A stretch of DNA of 64,000 nucleotides from a bacterium (GTDB taxonomy: Bacteria > Patescibacteriota > Patescibacteriia > UBA2196): positions 43,392 through 107,391 of the forward strand of contig DAOOOW010000001.1 of NCBI GenBank assembly GCA_035387885.1. The letters are read 5' to 3'. Shown one piece after another: positions 10,511 to 19,133 of the stretch (positions are counted from its first letter, which is position 1; each line of letters begins with the position of its first letter). Below the pieces are notes generated by a model that saw only the letters and a list, made by a program, of their open reading frames with translations, searched no databases and was not told the DNA's origin. Made by a program: the position numbers and the translations under genes.

Positions 10511-11923
10511 ATGAAATCCAAACTTCTCATTTTATTTTTTCTTTTAACCATTACTTTAAGCACTGGTTTTGGTTGCAAGGGTGGTGACAAGGTCGCTCAA
10601 AAAGCTATTCTTGACCCAGTGGAAATAAATTTCTGGGGAGTTTTTGATTCTTCAGATAATTTTGAAACAATAATTGCTGCTTATCAATTAACGCATCCCA
10701 ATGTAACTATCAAATACAAAAAGATGCGTTATGAAGATTATGAACAACAAATGTTAGAAAGTTGGGCCAATGGCACTGGTCCAGATATTTTTGCTATTAA
10801 TAATACCTGGGTTGGAAAATATCAAAACAAAATTCTGCCTTTGCCAGCAACTGTAAAAATTCCAGTCATCGAAACAACCTCTGGATTTTTGAAAAAAGAA
10901 ACTAAGGCTGTGATCAAAGAATACAATACTTTAAACATCAATCAATTAAAAAATATTTTTCCAGATGTTGTCTATAAAGATGTCACTCGTCAAGAACAGA
11001 TCTATGCTCTGCCTTTATCCATTGATACTTTGGCGCTTTATTATAATAAAGATCTTTTTAATGCCGCCGGTATTGTGCAAGCCCCAACCACTTGGCAAGA
11101 ATTTTCCGAAGATGTAACTAAATTAATTAGACTTAATGCCAAAGGCGAATTTGAGCGCTCGGCAGCTGCCATTGGTGGAGCAAATAATATCAATCGTTCT
11201 AATGATATTTTAAGTTTACTCATGATGCAAAATGGCGCCACTATGGTTGATGGTAAAGACAAAATTGCTTTTGCTAAAAATCTAAATTCTGATAGTGATG
11301 TCAGACCAGGCGAACAAGCTTTGCAATTTTATGCCAGTTTTGCTCAACCATCCAAAGATGTTTATACTTGGAATAATACTTTACCAGAATCATTAGATAT
11401 GTTTTCATCTGGTAAATTGGCCATGTTTTTTGGCTATAATTATCAATTGCCTTTAATTAAAGCTCAAGCGCCAAGAATTAATTTTGCCCTAGCCAATATG
11501 CCTCATCTAAAAAATGACACTACTGATGCTTTTGGTTTGCCCATAAATTTTGCCAATTATTGGCTCTACACTGTTTTTAAAAAATCTGCTCATACTGATG
11601 AAGCTTGGGATTTTCTAGTTTTTTTAACCACTAAACAATACCAAGATGCCAATGGTAAACCTAGATACTATGCTGAAGACTATTTAGATACGGCAGCCAA
11701 TCCACCAGCCTTAAAAAGTTTAATCCAAAATTATCAAAATAAATATCCAGAATTAGCACCTTTTGCCAGTCAAATTTTAACTGCCGATTCTTGGTATCGG
11801 GGTAAAAATCCAGATGAAGCTAATAAAATTTTAAAACAATTAATTAATACGGCCGTGCTTGGCAATGAAGAACTTTATCGCGCAATTTCTGCTGCTGCTT
11901 CGGCTATTCAGCAATCATATTAA
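10511..11923 (+). CDS. Extracellular solute-binding lipoprotein (carbohydrate ABC type)
   Basis: Lipobox GFGC; PDIF, YALPLSIDTLALYYNKDLF, APTTWQEF. Confidence 0.88.
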   Translation: MKSKLLILFFLLTITLSTGFGCKGGDKVAQKAILDPVEINFWGVFDSSDNFETIIAAYQLTHPNVTIKYKKMRYEDYEQQMLESWANGTGPDIFAINNTWVGKYQNKILPLPATVKIPVIETTSGFLKKETKAVIKEYNTLNINQLKNIFPDVVYKDVTRQEQIYALPLSIDTLALYYNKDLFNAAGIVQAPTTWQEFSEDVTKLIRLNAKGEFERSAAAIGGANNINRSNDILSLLMMQNGATMVDGKDKIAFAKNLNSDSDVRPGEQALQFYASFAQPSKDVYTWNNTLPESLDMFSSGKLAMFFGYNYQLPLIKAQAPRINFALANMPHLKNDTTDAFGLPINFANYWLYTVFKKSAHTDEAWDFLVFLTTKQYQDANGKPRYYAEDYLDTAANPPALKSLIQNYQNKYPELAPFASQILTADSWYRGKNPDEANKILKQLINTAVLGNEELYRAISAAASAIQQSY

Positions 11924-11940
11924 TAATTCTAAAAAATATT

Positions 11941-12507
11941 ATGAAGAAAAAATATCTGCTCCTATTTTTTTCTTGTTTAATAATTCTAAATGGTATTTTG
12001 TTAAATTTTCCAATTGCTAAAGCCTCTTGTCTTTGCATTTGTCAAGATACAGCCAGAAACAGTACTTGTTTTTTTGACCAAAAAGATTCGGCGAGTATTT
12101 GTAAGGACACTTGCACAAACAACAACCTTGAATACCTAGATTGTGATAGTAGCAGACCAGATGAATCAGGATTTTATTGTACTACCCCAGGAACTCCAGA
12201 ACCAGCAGACGCCGCTAACGGTTCCAGCGGCAGCTCTGAGACAGCCAGTTTTGACAATCCAGTACCGATTTTTAATAAAAAATCTTTAGCTGATGTTGTT
12301 GGCTTAATTATTAAAGGCCTACTGGGTTTAATGGGAATAGCAGCTTTAGTTATTTTTATTTATGCCGGATTTTTGTGGATGTTTGCCAAAGGCAACAGCG
12401 CCCAAATTAAAAAATCAATTGATGTCATGAAATATTGTGTTTTGGGCATAGCTGTCATCTATTTATCTTATGCTATGTTAAAATTTGTTTTTGGGATTAT
12501 TAAATAA
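11941..12507 (+). CDS. Pilin-like (TrbC/VirB2-like CPR pilin) with Cys-rich N-domain
   Basis: IYAGFLWMFAKGNSAQIKKS two-TM pilin pattern. Confidence 0.75.
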   Translation: MKKKYLLLFFSCLIILNGILLNFPIAKASCLCICQDTARNSTCFFDQKDSASICKDTCTNNNLEYLDCDSSRPDESGFYCTTPGTPEPADAANGSSGSSETASFDNPVPIFNKKSLADVVGLIIKGLLGLMGIAALVIFIYAGFLWMFAKGNSAQIKKSIDVMKYCVLGIAVIYLSYAMLKFVFGIIK

Positions 12508-12760
12508 TTTTTTTTAGTTTATCCCTTTTTAGTTTATCCCGAGCGAATTTACCTTCAGGCAAATGCGCTGAGGGATCTCATTTCTATTCTTGTGTTTTTA
12601 TGTTTTAATGTTTTCATGTTATAATAATTGTGGATAATTATTAGCACCATTCGCAATTTAAAATATTCGTATTAATTCGCAATTTCAATTCGCACAATTC
12701 GCATTAAATAAAAAAGGTCGACTATATAAATTTTTTATTAATTATTTTCTATAAAAAACT

Positions 12761-13126
12761 ATGAACAAAAAAACCTTACAAAAGATTTTCTTTTCCTTGG
12801 CTTTAATTGTTTTAATTGCCCCTATCATGGTGGCTGCCGACGATTTTGGCATAGACAAATTAGATCCTCTTCATTTACCTAATCAAACAGCAGATCCAGA
12901 ATCAATCATCGGCAATGTGATTAACCTAATTCTAGGTTTTTTAGCTTTAATTGCTGTAATTATTATTTTAATAGCTGGTTTTGAATGGATGACTGCTGGT
13001 GGCAATGATAAAAGAGTAGAAACTGCTCAAAAAAGATTAAAATATGGTTTAATTGGTTTAATCATTATTTTCTTAGCCTACGGCATTGTTACCTTTGTTT
13101 TATCAACTCTTACCGATATTGTCTAA
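12761..13126 (+). CDS. Pilin-like (TrbC/VirB2-like)
   Basis: IAGFEWMTAGGNDKRVETAQKRLKYGLIGL. Confidence 0.8.
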   Translation: MNKKTLQKIFFSLALIVLIAPIMVAADDFGIDKLDPLHLPNQTADPESIIGNVINLILGFLALIAVIIILIAGFEWMTAGGNDKRVETAQKRLKYGLIGLIIIFLAYGIVTFVLSTLTDIV

Positions 13127-13782
13127 TGAAACATTTAAATTTTAAAAATTTATTCAGCCTTAAAAGGCATCTAAATTTAATGGTTATTGCAATAACTATT
13201 GTTTTTTTATTTTCGTTTGTCTCCCCCGCATTTTGCGGGGGAGCGCAAGCAGCAGACACCGGACTGAAAGAAACAGCCGAAAAGGCTGGTTTACCAATTA
13301 CTGGCGATTTAACTGCTATTATTGGACAAATAATTTACACTATTCTGGGTTTCTTGGGTGTAGCTTTTGTAATTTTAGTTTTATATGGTGGGGCTAAACG
13401 CATGTTTGCCAAAGGAGATAGTAAACAAATCACAGATTCCAATGGCATTATCACTTCTGCTGTGGTGGGTGTGGCTATAATTTTATTATCTTATATTATT
13501 ACTGCTTTTGTTATCAGCCAAGTAAAAAGTAATATTGGAGCTGGAAGTGATACTACTTATCCAGTAAGTGGAGAGCCACGAGGCGCAGAATTACCAAGTT
13601 CTGGGTGTACACAGGACTCTGATTGTTCATGTAGTACAAGATTGCAACTGCCCAAATGTATTATAAGTTCTGGGATGTGTGATGTGTGTCAAAGTGTTCA
13701 ATGTATAGATGCTAGTGATTGTACTGGCGAAAGTCCAATAGGTTGGACTTGTGTAAATCATACATGCACGCAAGGTAACTAG
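13126..13782 (+). CDS. Pilin-like protein with Cys-rich C-terminal domain
   Basis: YGGAKRMFAKGDSKQIT; CxxDSDC repeats. Confidence 0.75.
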   Translation: MKHLNFKNLFSLKRHLNLMVIAITIVFLFSFVSPAFCGGAQAADTGLKETAEKAGLPITGDLTAIIGQIIYTILGFLGVAFVILVLYGGAKRMFAKGDSKQITDSNGIITSAVVGVAIILLSYIITAFVISQVKSNIGAGSDTTYPVSGEPRGAELPSSGCTQDSDCSCSTRLQLPKCIISSGMCDVCQSVQCIDASDCTGESPIGWTCVNHTCTQGN

Positions 13783-13788
13783 TTTAAT

Positions 13789-14193
13789 ATGCTTTATTCT
13801 CTTTCTAAAAAACCATTGCTAATTATCTTATTTATTGCTTTGTTTTTTTATTGTTTTATTCCTGTGCCCTCACAGGCTTCTATTTTTGATGCTATCACCA
13901 CTAATTTAGGCATTTTTAATCAAGGCGCTGAATTGCCAACTAGCAATGTTGGCCTTGAAGGCATTGTGATTAATATTATTAATACCGCTCTTTCATTTTT
14001 GGGTTTAATATTTGTTTGTCTGGTGCTCTATGCTGGTTTTCTCTATATGACAGCCGCTGGTGAAACAAAAAAAGTAGAAAAAGCTAATAATATTTTAAGA
14101 GATTCGGTTATTGGTTTAGCTATTATTTTTGCTTCCTACGTTCTGGTCAATTATGTAATTACCGAAGTTATTAAACTTATTAAAACTGCTTAA
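13789..14193 (+). CDS. Pilin-like (TrbC/VirB2-like)
   Basis: YAGFLYMTAAGETKKVEKANNIL. Confidence 0.8.
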   Translation: MLYSLSKKPLLIILFIALFFYCFIPVPSQASIFDAITTNLGIFNQGAELPTSNVGLEGIVINIINTALSFLGLIFVCLVLYAGFLYMTAAGETKKVEKANNILRDSVIGLAIIFASYVLVNYVITEVIKLIKTA

Positions 14194-14415
14194 AAAAATA
14201 ATTATTTTTCTTAACTCCGACCACCCAGTCGGTTTTTTGTTTACCATAAAGTATATTTTATTAAATTAATTTTGTCTTACTACTATAACCACCCCGCCCG
14301 ACTCCGTCGAGGCACCCCTCCTTGAAAAGGAGGGGATAAATTTTATTCCTCTATTTTAATAGAAAAGAATATTAAAAAATAAAAAACGGCACTCATTGAG
14401 CGCCGTTTGTGTCTG

Positions 14416-14793
14416 TCATCTTCGCGACTTGGGGTTTCGAACTGCCCCAGCCGAGTTTATATCTTCCTCTGCTTGTCTTTGTCTCTGAGGAGTCAGCGAA
14501 CGAGAAGATTTTTTTTCATCTCCAGCAGATCTATGACCGTACTCTTGCTTATAAATTTTAACCTGTTTAGTCTGGCCAACAACCCCCACCGGGGTCTGTT
14601 CTGTAATTATCTCGGCCACAGTCCCGGTGATTGACTCTGCCTCTCCAGATTTAATTTTTTCAGAGACAGCTTCATTCATAGCACTCAGGCTATTGTTGTA
14701 ATTTGCTAGCGACTTGTGAATCGGGCTATAACATCCCGAGGCCACATACGCTACTAACAAAAAAACAACTGTCAAAACAAGTAGTTTTTTCAT
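14416..14793 (-). CDS. Hypothetical lipoprotein
   Basis: SD GGAGG; MKKLLVLTVV...VASGC lipobox. Confidence 0.65.
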   Translation of the reverse strand: MKKLLVLTVVFLLVAYVASGCYSPIHKSLANYNNSLSAMNEAVSEKIKSGEAESITGTVAEIITEQTPVGVVGQTKQVKIYKQEYGHRSAGDEKKSSRSLTPQRQRQAEEDINSAGAVRNPKSRR

Positions 14794-14809
14794 CTCAACC
14801 TCCCAATAT

Positions 14810-15067
14810 TTAAAACCAACTTTCCACAAAATTCACCACTATTGGCCAGAGAACAGTGTTGGTAATTCCTTTAATCAGAAGAACCAATACTGCCGCCCAG
14901 CAAATGGAATGTAAGGTGGCAAAAAATATGGCCAATGTTTTGCTACCTTCATCTTTGCAATCATCTGCTTTTTCGACAAACCACAAACCGGCCAGAAAAA
15001 ACAATACAGCTACCAAAAAATGCGTAGCAAAACCTTGCGTCCAGTTTTGTTTAATAAGTTCCCACAT
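14810..15067 (-). CDS. Hypothetical small membrane protein
   Basis: SD AGGAGG; two hydrophobic helices. Confidence 0.6.
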   Translation of the reverse strand: MWELIKQNWTQGFATHFLVAVLFFLAGLWFVEKADDCKDEGSKTLAIFFATLHSICWAAVLVLLIKGITNTVLWPIVVNFVESWF

Positions 15068-15078
15068 AGTACCTCCTG

Positions 15079-15357
15079 TTATCTGGCTGGAGCGTTGAGC
15101 ATAATCCACCAGCTATACCAATCAATATCAAAATAATTAAAAAGAGTTAAAAACATAAACACAATGCCAGCAAAGGCAATAACACCTTCAATTACATCAA
15201 TTAAAAAAACAACTTTTTTTCCTATCTTCTTTTTCTTTTCAAAAAAAATACTAAGGCGATCTATGGAAAAATACAGAGCGGCACACAGACCAAGTGCAAC
15301 CAAGGTTGCCAATTGATCACGTATAAGATGCAACAGTGAACTTTCCGGAATCGGCAT
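15079..15357 (-). CDS. Hypothetical small membrane protein
   Basis: SD AGGAGG; two hydrophobic helices. Confidence 0.6.
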   Translation of the reverse strand: MPIPESSLLHLIRDQLATLVALGLCAALYFSIDRLSIFFEKKKKIGKKVVFLIDVIEGVIAFAGIVFMFLTLFNYFDIDWYSWWIMLNAPAR

Positions 15358-15538
15358 AACAACCTCCTGCTATTAAATGACCTGATTTGAAATTACTATT
15401 TAATAAATCAGCATACTTTATTTGTATATTTTTGTCAACCTTGACAAAATTTTCAATCTATGCTAAGCTTGTATATTCTAATAAAAACAGCTCGTTGACA
15501 AATATTAATATATTAAGGAAGGAAAAAGGTGATTACTT

Positions 15539-15784
15539 GTGGCAAAAACCATAGCCACTTTTGTATATCAAACAAGTATCCCTACTAAGGATGAAAGGGG
15601 CCCATTCGTGGCTGTTCATTCTAAAATGATAACGGGGGTTCTTGTTAAGAAAACAGCGGGATGTATATGGATAAAACCGGCTGTTTTAAATGAGCGCGGA
15701 TCTGTTGTTTCTATTAATAGATCAATTGCGCAATTTTCAATCTCAAAAATATCTGGCCCGATAAACTTCAAGCAATCAAGCTAA
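15539..15784 (+). CDS. Hypothetical protein
   Basis: Preceded by a promoter-like TTGACA..TAAGCT and a purine-rich RBS. Confidence 0.5.
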   Translation: MAKTIATFVYQTSIPTKDERGPFVAVHSKMITGVLVKKTAGCIWIKPAVLNERGSVVSINRSIAQFSISKISGPINFKQSS

Positions 15785-15888
15785 CGAGCCAGTATTTTAT
15801 ATTAATAAACAGACCGCGAAAAATTAATAGCTTTTCGTTGGTCATAGTGTTGTTTAATTTCTTAACTCCCATGGTGGAGGAGGAAAAA

Positions 15889-16812
15889 ATGAAAAAGAGC
15901 GAAACTTTTATTCCGGGCGCCAACCAAATCAGTATTGGGTATGTAGCACTGTTCCCCGGAAAACTGACCCAGCTGAGAGACGACATCCCATGGGTAAAAA
16001 CCCGTGTGCTCAACGGCAATTTGCCGGGGACGGAAAAGGACTCGGGGATAACCGTGGTGCCGTGTCATTTGGATCACGGCAAAATCACCTTACCCGAGGA
16101 CATTGCCAACCACGCGTGTATCCAAAGATGGGAACGCGATGGTGTGACCCATCAAGAGGGCGGTCCGCTTCAACCGGTTTATGCCCTCAAGTCTGTTGAA
16201 AGACGCGGAAAGGATGAAAATGGCAATGGATTCGTCATCCTGCCGTGTCTTACAGATGGCAGTGCCCCCTATGGGTCATTTGTACCCGCCCAAGACGGCC
16301 AAAAAGATTACATCGTCGCCTATGTCAACAACATTGTGGACGGCATAACGGTTATGCTGATGGTGGAAGCCATTGAAAACGGAGTCTATCACGCCCACAT
16401 CTCGGTCGCGAATTTTACAGTCAATAGTATGACCGGGGAAGTTTTGCGTGAGAACGCCATCAACAGAGCGTTTGTGGTCGAAGGACGTCCGGATACTCTG
16501 CCGAATTTTTCTTCAAGAGTCGGCGAAAAGTATCTCGAAGCCTTTAAGGCGGCTATGGCCATTTTCAAAAGTATGGCGAAAGGCGAACGCCAGTGCGCCA
16601 TGTGGGTCAAGGACATTACCCGTCCGATCACTGCCCCCGTCCCCGATGCACCGTCTCCGGTTGAAGAACCGGCATCGGCGCCCGCTCCGGAAGCGAAAAG
16701 CAAAGGTGGCAAAGGCAAAAAGGCTGCCAAACAGCCCACGGCCGATGTCACGACCAATGGTGGCAACGGCCACACCGACACTGTGCCAGCCCCCAACGAA
16801 GTTGTTGCCTAG
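15889..16812 (+). CDS. Hypothetical high-GC protein with Pro/Ala/Lys-rich tail
   Basis: SD GGAGGAGG; long ORF; followed by terminator GCTCGTCTC-TTAG-GAGACGGGC-T-run. Confidence 0.75.
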   Translation: MKKSETFIPGANQISIGYVALFPGKLTQLRDDIPWVKTRVLNGNLPGTEKDSGITVVPCHLDHGKITLPEDIANHACIQRWERDGVTHQEGGPLQPVYALKSVERRGKDENGNGFVILPCLTDGSAPYGSFVPAQDGQKDYIVAYVNNIVDGITVMLMVEAIENGVYHAHISVANFTVNSMTGEVLRENAINRAFVVEGRPDTLPNFSSRVGEKYLEAFKAAMAIFKSMAKGERQCAMWVKDITRPITAPVPDAPSPVEEPASAPAPEAKSKGGKGKKAAKQPTADVTTNGGNGHTDTVPAPNEVVA

Positions 16813-16963
16813 TCCATCAGGACAAGGCAGAAGCTCGTCTCTTAGGAGACGGGCTTTTTTATTTTTATTTTTTTAAAACTTTTATTTAATCCACAACTTG
16901 ACCGTTCATAATAATTCTGATAGCCTATTAAAATAAAATATAAAATATTTGGAGGAAAAAATA

Positions 16964-17458
16964 ATGCCCAAGCATACCGTAGCGTCTCTTAAAGAAATAC
17001 CTTATGAATTCCATCCTGATTTAGAAAAAATAATAATTGCCTCGCAAACAAACAGAGGCGAAGAAAGTGTGCAAAAAGTACTCATTTCTTTGGCGAGTCT
17101 TAAGGGTGTGGTAACCGTCATTCCCACCACCACTTATTCTAAAAGAGATCGCTATGGTATTGATATGCAAATTACAATTACTACACACACAAAACAAGAA
17201 AACCGGTTTGGCAAAATCGTTGCTAAAAAAGTGATCCTGACATTCCCTTTGCAAATCAAAAGTTCTGTGATAACAGCCCAAAATTTTATTACTAAATACC
17301 CAGAAAGAGAAATTCCTGTTCTGGTACATTTGCCAGGTGCAACCACAAAAGAAATTATTAATGCCTTTGGCAGATTATTAGACAAATATAAATCACCAAC
17401 GCAAAGGAAAAACGGCATCATTGAGATAGCCGGAGAATATTCAAAAGACTCACCATAA
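16964..17458 (+). CDS. Hypothetical protein, possible PD-(D/E)xK nuclease fold
   Basis: SD GGAGG; DRYGID...LQIKSS pattern. Confidence 0.5.
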   Translation: MPKHTVASLKEIPYEFHPDLEKIIIASQTNRGEESVQKVLISLASLKGVVTVIPTTTYSKRDRYGIDMQITITTHTKQENRFGKIVAKKVILTFPLQIKSSVITAQNFITKYPEREIPVLVHLPGATTKEIINAFGRLLDKYKSPTQRKNGIIEIAGEYSKDSP

Positions 17459-17540
17459 AGCCGAGATTAATTTAATTTTGGCTTTTCTTTTTTCTAAAAA
17501 TAAAGTACAATAAAAACAGTTATTGAAAATAAAAAAACAT

Positions 17541-17626
17541 GGAAGGGTCGCATAGTTGGTCTAGTGCGCACGCTTGGAAAGCGTGTGTGGGGCAACTCAC
17601 CGCGAGTTCGAATCTCGCCCCTTCCG
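17541..17626 (+). tRNA. tRNA-Ser(GGA)
   Basis: CACGC-TTGGAAA-GCGTG anticodon arm; long variable arm. Confidence 0.95.
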
Positions 17627-17794
17627 AATAGATGTCCTCAAGCAGACAAATGAACTGCTTCATTTGTCGGTGCGATTCGAACAGTTTTTCCTTATCCCGA
17701 AAACTCGGGATGGAAAAACATTGAGAATCCCTGCCTACCGGCAGACAGGTCGCCCCTTCCGAATTCTATATTTTAAAAACTAAAACCCAAATAT

Positions 17795-18271
17795 ATGACC
17801 CCTGAACACAATCTTTTGTCTTGGAATTTTCTAGAATATCCCAATCACCAAAGACAAAAATCTTGGTACATTTTTGCTACCTTAATTTTTTTAGCTTTTT
17901 TAGCTTATGCGATTTTAACTGCCAATTTTCTGTTTGGTTTAATTATCATTATGGTAGCCATTATTATATTTATTAATCATAACAAAGAACCAAGAGAATT
18001 AACTTTTAGTATTGTACGCAATGGCATTTTAATAGAAAATAATCTTTATCGTTTTAAAGAGATTAAAAAATTTTGGTTGCTTTACGAACCACCACAAATA
18101 AAAAATATTTATTTTGAATTACAATCTGGTCTCATGCCAATTTTAACCATTCCCTTGGCTGAGCAAAATCCACTAACAGTTAGAAAAATTTTAAAAGACC
18201 ATTTGCAAGAAGATTTAACTAAAGAAAATGAATCAACTGCTGATGCTTTGGCTAGATATTTAAAACTTTGA
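17795..18271 (+). CDS. Conserved CPR-type membrane protein (two TM plus PH-like C-domain)
   Basis: LSW..LEY....R.KSWY pattern followed by two TM helices. Confidence 0.7.
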   Translation: MTPEHNLLSWNFLEYPNHQRQKSWYIFATLIFLAFLAYAILTANFLFGLIIIMVAIIIFINHNKEPRELTFSIVRNGILIENNLYRFKEIKKFWLLYEPPQIKNIYFELQSGLMPILTIPLAEQNPLTVRKILKDHLQEDLTKENESTADALARYLKL

Positions 18272-18319
18272 TTTTTTAAATAATCTATTTCGGAATTATT
18301 ATTTTGTATTATTATCTTT

Positions 18320-18391
18320 GCCCTTGTCGTTCAATGGATAGGACATGAGCTTGCGGAGCTCACAATGTAGGTCCGATTCCTACCGAGGGCA
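18320..18391 (+). tRNA. tRNA-Arg(GCG)
   Basis: TGAGC-TTGCGGA-GCTCA anticodon arm; cloverleaf. Confidence 0.9.
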
Positions 18392-18434
18392 AAGATGATC
18401 ATAAAAAAATCTGCCAGTAAAAGTAAAGGTATTT

Positions 18435-18554
18435 TGTAGGTCCGTGGGTTTCGCGGTGTCCCTAAAGGGACACATCACTCAACCCGTTGTGGCTATAAAA
18501 ACTAAAGCAGTTTAGTTTTTATTTAACGCCACAACTCCTACCGAGGGCAAAGAT
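18435..18554 (+). mobile_element. Duplicated tRNA-Arg 3' arm with a 91-bp double-hairpin element in the T-loop
   Basis: TGTAGGTCCG + insert 18445-18535 + TCCTACCGAGGGCAAAGAT, identical to the 3' end of the upstream tRNA. Confidence 0.8.
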
Positions 18555-18746
18555 AATTATAAAAAATAATAAAAATAATGATAAAAAGATAAAATTGACA
18601 AAAAATATTTTCTGAAGTATAATGGCTTTAGAGACAAAAATCAACCTTTTTACCTTTAAGTGGTTGATTTTTTTCTACTCAAATTAAAGGTCGTTCATGT
18701 TCTTTTACAAACTAAGTGGCAAAAAAGCAGCCTAAATGAGAAATAT

Positions 18747-19007
18747 ATGATATTATTTTTTATTGGCATTTTAGAAATGCTTATTGTCACTGCCTGGACA
18801 AAGGTAGTAACAAAAAACCAAATTATTGCCAGTGGAACTATCACCATCATTAATATCCTTATTTGGTATTATGTTTTAGAAACGGTTGTCAATGATATTA
18901 ATAATTGGCAATTAATTTTACTTTATGCTTTTGGTTGTGCCTTGGGCACAATTCTGAGTACTCTTTATTTTAAAAATAAAGAAACTAACCATGAATCAAA
19001 AGCCTAA
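18747..19007 (+). CDS. Small membrane protein (DUF5698-like)
   Basis: Three TM helices, YAFGCALGT motif; upstream TTGACA-17-TATAAT at 18595-18623. Confidence 0.65.
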   Translation: MILFFIGILEMLIVTAWTKVVTKNQIIASGTITIINILIWYYVLETVVNDINNWQLILLYAFGCALGTILSTLYFKNKETNHESKA

Positions 19008-19133
19008 AAATGCTTTATGAGCAATCAAGCAGATGAGGCTGAACCTCAACCTTAAAACACCTCGATAAGATTGATTTTATCGAGGTGTTTTATTTTTGCC
19101 TACAAGCCTAAATATTGTTAAAATGTAATTATT

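Noticed and set aside
14416-17458. Prophage or integrative element beside tRNA-Ser
   Set aside because: No integrase, terminase or structural genes, and no att repeat bracketing the region.
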